DNA of 64,000 nt, taken from Actinomycetota bacterium (GTDB lineage: Bacteria; Actinomycetota; Acidimicrobiia; Actinomarinales; Actinomarinaceae). This document shows, piece after piece, positions 62,329-64,000 of the stretch (positions are counted from its first letter, which is position 1; every line of letters begins with the position of its first letter). Under the pieces are notes generated by a model, which worked only from the letters and a program-made list of their open reading frames with translations, was not told the origin of the DNA and did not search any database. A program made the translations under genes and the position numbers. The stretch lies in NCBI GenBank assembly GCA_014384285.1, contig JACNGE010000014.1, forward strand, positions 212,513 to 276,512, written 5' to 3'.

Positions 62329-63705
62329 ATGAAACCATTGCGTAAGCAGGGAATCATTCTTTTTACAATTCTTGCCCTTGTCTTAGTAGCTTGCGGCGGA
62401 GCCGCTGAAGAAACAGTAGAGGAAACAACTCCAGAAGTTGTCGAGTCACTTGAATCTCCAGCAGTTACTACTGCTAGCACTGTAGATACAGGTGTTGGAG
62501 TTACGGCAGATCCATGTCCTTCCGAAATAGGTGGAGTCCCAACAGGGGCTGATCCATCAAAAGGTTGTATATATCTTGGGTTACTCAATGATTATACAGG
62601 ACCTTACGGACCGCTTGGACCTGCACTAGAAACAGGCCAAAGAGCATTTTGGCTTTGGGCTAACCAATCTGGTGGAGTTGGAGATTACAGTGTTGCAATC
62701 GTAGAAGGTTATGACACAGGATATAATCCACAAAAACACCTAGAAGGCTATAACGCACAACGCGATAATGTTGCAGCATTAGCTATGTCACTTGGTACGC
62801 CTCAAACAGTATTTATTCTTGACAACATGGATAAAGACAACATGATTGCAGCTCCTATGAGTTGGTATTCAGGTTGGTCTTACAAATCAGTTGATAAAGG
62901 ATTAGTAATTGAATTCGGTTCAGCATATTGTGCTGACGGTATGAATGCGGTTGATTGGGCATTAGGTAATTATCCAGTTGAAGTTAAAACAATTGGAATT
63001 ATGGGATATGCTGGCGACTATGGTGGAGATTACGCTAAAGGTGTAAAAGCTGCTGCAGAAGCCAATGGTCTTACTGTTGCTTGGGAGTATATCGTTCCAA
63101 GTCCAGAGTTTGACGTTGCTCAAGCCGTTGGTCTAATGGTTACAAAACCAGTAGACGCATACTTTCCAGCAGTTGGACCTGCTCATATGGCACAAGTAGC
63201 AGGTGGAGCATTCCAACAAGGATTGACACCACTATCTATGATGGCTGCACCATCATTTAATGATGCGTTCGTCAAAGAGGGTTTTGCATTAGCACCATTA
63301 TTTACTTCTGGTTCAATGTACCTTATGGCCTTCGTTGCTCCGTATGAAGCTGAAACAGCTGGTCATGCAACTATGAGAGCTACTTTCTCAGCAATGGGAA
63401 TTGATTCAGCTAATACATTCTTAGTAGCAGGTTGGGCTTCACAGCATCACTTAAAAGGTGTTCTTGAAGCAGCTAATAAAGGTGGAGACCTTACTAGAGC
63501 TGGTATTAGAAGAGCTGCTGGTAGTGTTTATGTTGACTCTGATGGCATGATGCCACAAAGAGAGCTTGGACAAAACAGAGCAGATGCAGAGAGCTTCATC
63601 GCAGTTCCAGATGGAACAATTGCTAGTGGAGTTAAATTGTTGGCAGGAAACTATGTCGGTCCATCAGCTGGTGGATATGACTGGGAATCTGGTCCATGTA
63701 GTTAA
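62329..63705 (+). CDS. ABC transporter substrate-binding lipoprotein (type I PBP, Liv/amide-binding family) with long N-terminal linker
   Basis: Lipoprotein signal MKPLRKQGIILFTILALVLVAC, then an ~50 aa Glu/Thr/Val-rich linker, then the PBP fold. Confidence 0.75.
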   Translation: MKPLRKQGIILFTILALVLVACGGAAEETVEETTPEVVESLESPAVTTASTVDTGVGVTADPCPSEIGGVPTGADPSKGCIYLGLLNDYTGPYGPLGPALETGQRAFWLWANQSGGVGDYSVAIVEGYDTGYNPQKHLEGYNAQRDNVAALAMSLGTPQTVFILDNMDKDNMIAAPMSWYSGWSYKSVDKGLVIEFGSAYCADGMNAVDWALGNYPVEVKTIGIMGYAGDYGGDYAKGVKAAAEANGLTVAWEYIVPSPEFDVAQAVGLMVTKPVDAYFPAVGPAHMAQVAGGAFQQGLTPLSMMAAPSFNDAFVKEGFALAPLFTSGSMYLMAFVAPYEAETAGHATMRATFSAMGIDSANTFLVAGWASQHHLKGVLEAANKGGDLTRAGIRRAAGSVYVDSDGMMPQRELGQNRADAESFIAVPDGTIASGVKLLAGNYVGPSAGGYDWESGPCS

Positions 63706-63728
63706 TTTTTATTAACTAAATTATTTAA

Positions 63729-63756
63729 AGAGCCGGTATTTGCCGGCTCTTTATTT
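63729..63756 (+). terminator. Rho-independent terminator after the substrate-binding protein gene
   Basis: Stem gagccgg / ccggctc around loop tatttg, followed by a T-rich tract. Confidence 0.65.
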
Positions 63757-63780
63757 ATCTAGATATCCTAAAATTTTAAT

Positions 63781-64000
63781 GTGAAAAGTTTATCAAAATT
63801 TCAAAAAAAAAGACTCATAGCTATACTGCTAATTTTTTCATCTCTATCCTACACCGGTCTATTCATTGATACAGATTATTATTACATGTCACCCGGTCCT
63901 CCTTATGAATGGAATATTTCTATTGATAAAGCCACTTCTTATGAATCTGAGGGTAAGTTATATCAACTAACAGTAAGAAGAGATGTAGCAAATTATCTTT
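63781..64000 (+). CDS. Hypothetical secreted/membrane protein, N-terminal fragment (continues beyond window)
   Basis: GTG-initiated ORF encoding a basic N-region followed by a hydrophobic signal-like segment (RLIAILLIFSSLSYTGLF). Open to the window end. Confidence 0.3.
   Translation, partial: MKSLSKFQKKRLIAILLIFSSLSYTGLFIDTDYYYMSPGPPYEWNISIDKATSYESEGKLYQLTVRRDVANYL

Overview
This window is a dense, mostly plus-strand core-genome segment of an AT-rich (about one-third GC) bacterium. I read it as a streamlined low-GC actinobacterium. The grounds are a WhiB-family regulator at 53668-53949, the alr-tsaE-tsaB-rimI-tsaD-groES-groEL and rpoA-rplQ-truA-rplM-rpsI-glmM-glmS gene orders, an sdhCDAB operon, HU, and an AhpE-like peroxiredoxin. 

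The gene blocks, in order:
- Ribosomal genes run from the end of rplD through the S10/spc/alpha operons (rplW to rplQ, including secY, adk, map, infA, and an rpmJ that the ORF track missed).
- Next come truA, rplM-rpsI, glmM, a clear glmS ribozyme, and glmS.
- Then alr and the tsaE/B/D + rimI cluster, followed by groES-groEL.
- A ten-gene aromatic amino-acid supraoperon follows: aroH, aroF-type DAHP synthase, tyrA, aroA, aroE, aroC, aroK, aroB, aroQ, pheA. A Phe/Tyr-rich leader peptide plus a terminator hairpin sit immediately upstream of its SD, which I read as an attenuator.
- Positions 33-42 kb are a more accessory-like block: S51-like peptidase, esterase, Fur-family regulator with an ECF T/A module, a membrane-anchored thioredoxin-fold ORF, CsaA-like tRNA-binding protein, FMN reductase, PlsC, YczE-like, YceI-like lipoprotein, Nudix, and EamA.
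- trpS and pcrA are followed by a TCA block (sucCD, icd, mdh), hup, and a convergent sdhCDAB operon carrying an SCP2-like gene.
- After that come whiB, an AhpE-like peroxiredoxin, an acidic hypothetical protein, and an HtrA protease.
- The window ends with a Liv-type ABC transporter that has an acyl-CoA ligase embedded in it.

The most interesting observation is the thioredoxin-fold ORF. Its redox motif is interrupted by an in-frame TGA exactly where the first Cys of CxxC belongs, giving UxxC, which makes it a candidate selenoprotein. Other items worth follow-up are the aromatic-operon attenuator, the glmS ribozyme in an actinobacterial context, zinc-independent S14 and L36 forms, an SCP2 gene inside the sdh operon, and an ABC + acyl-CoA ligase uptake cassette. 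I saw no tRNA or rRNA genes, CRISPR arrays, or mobile elements.
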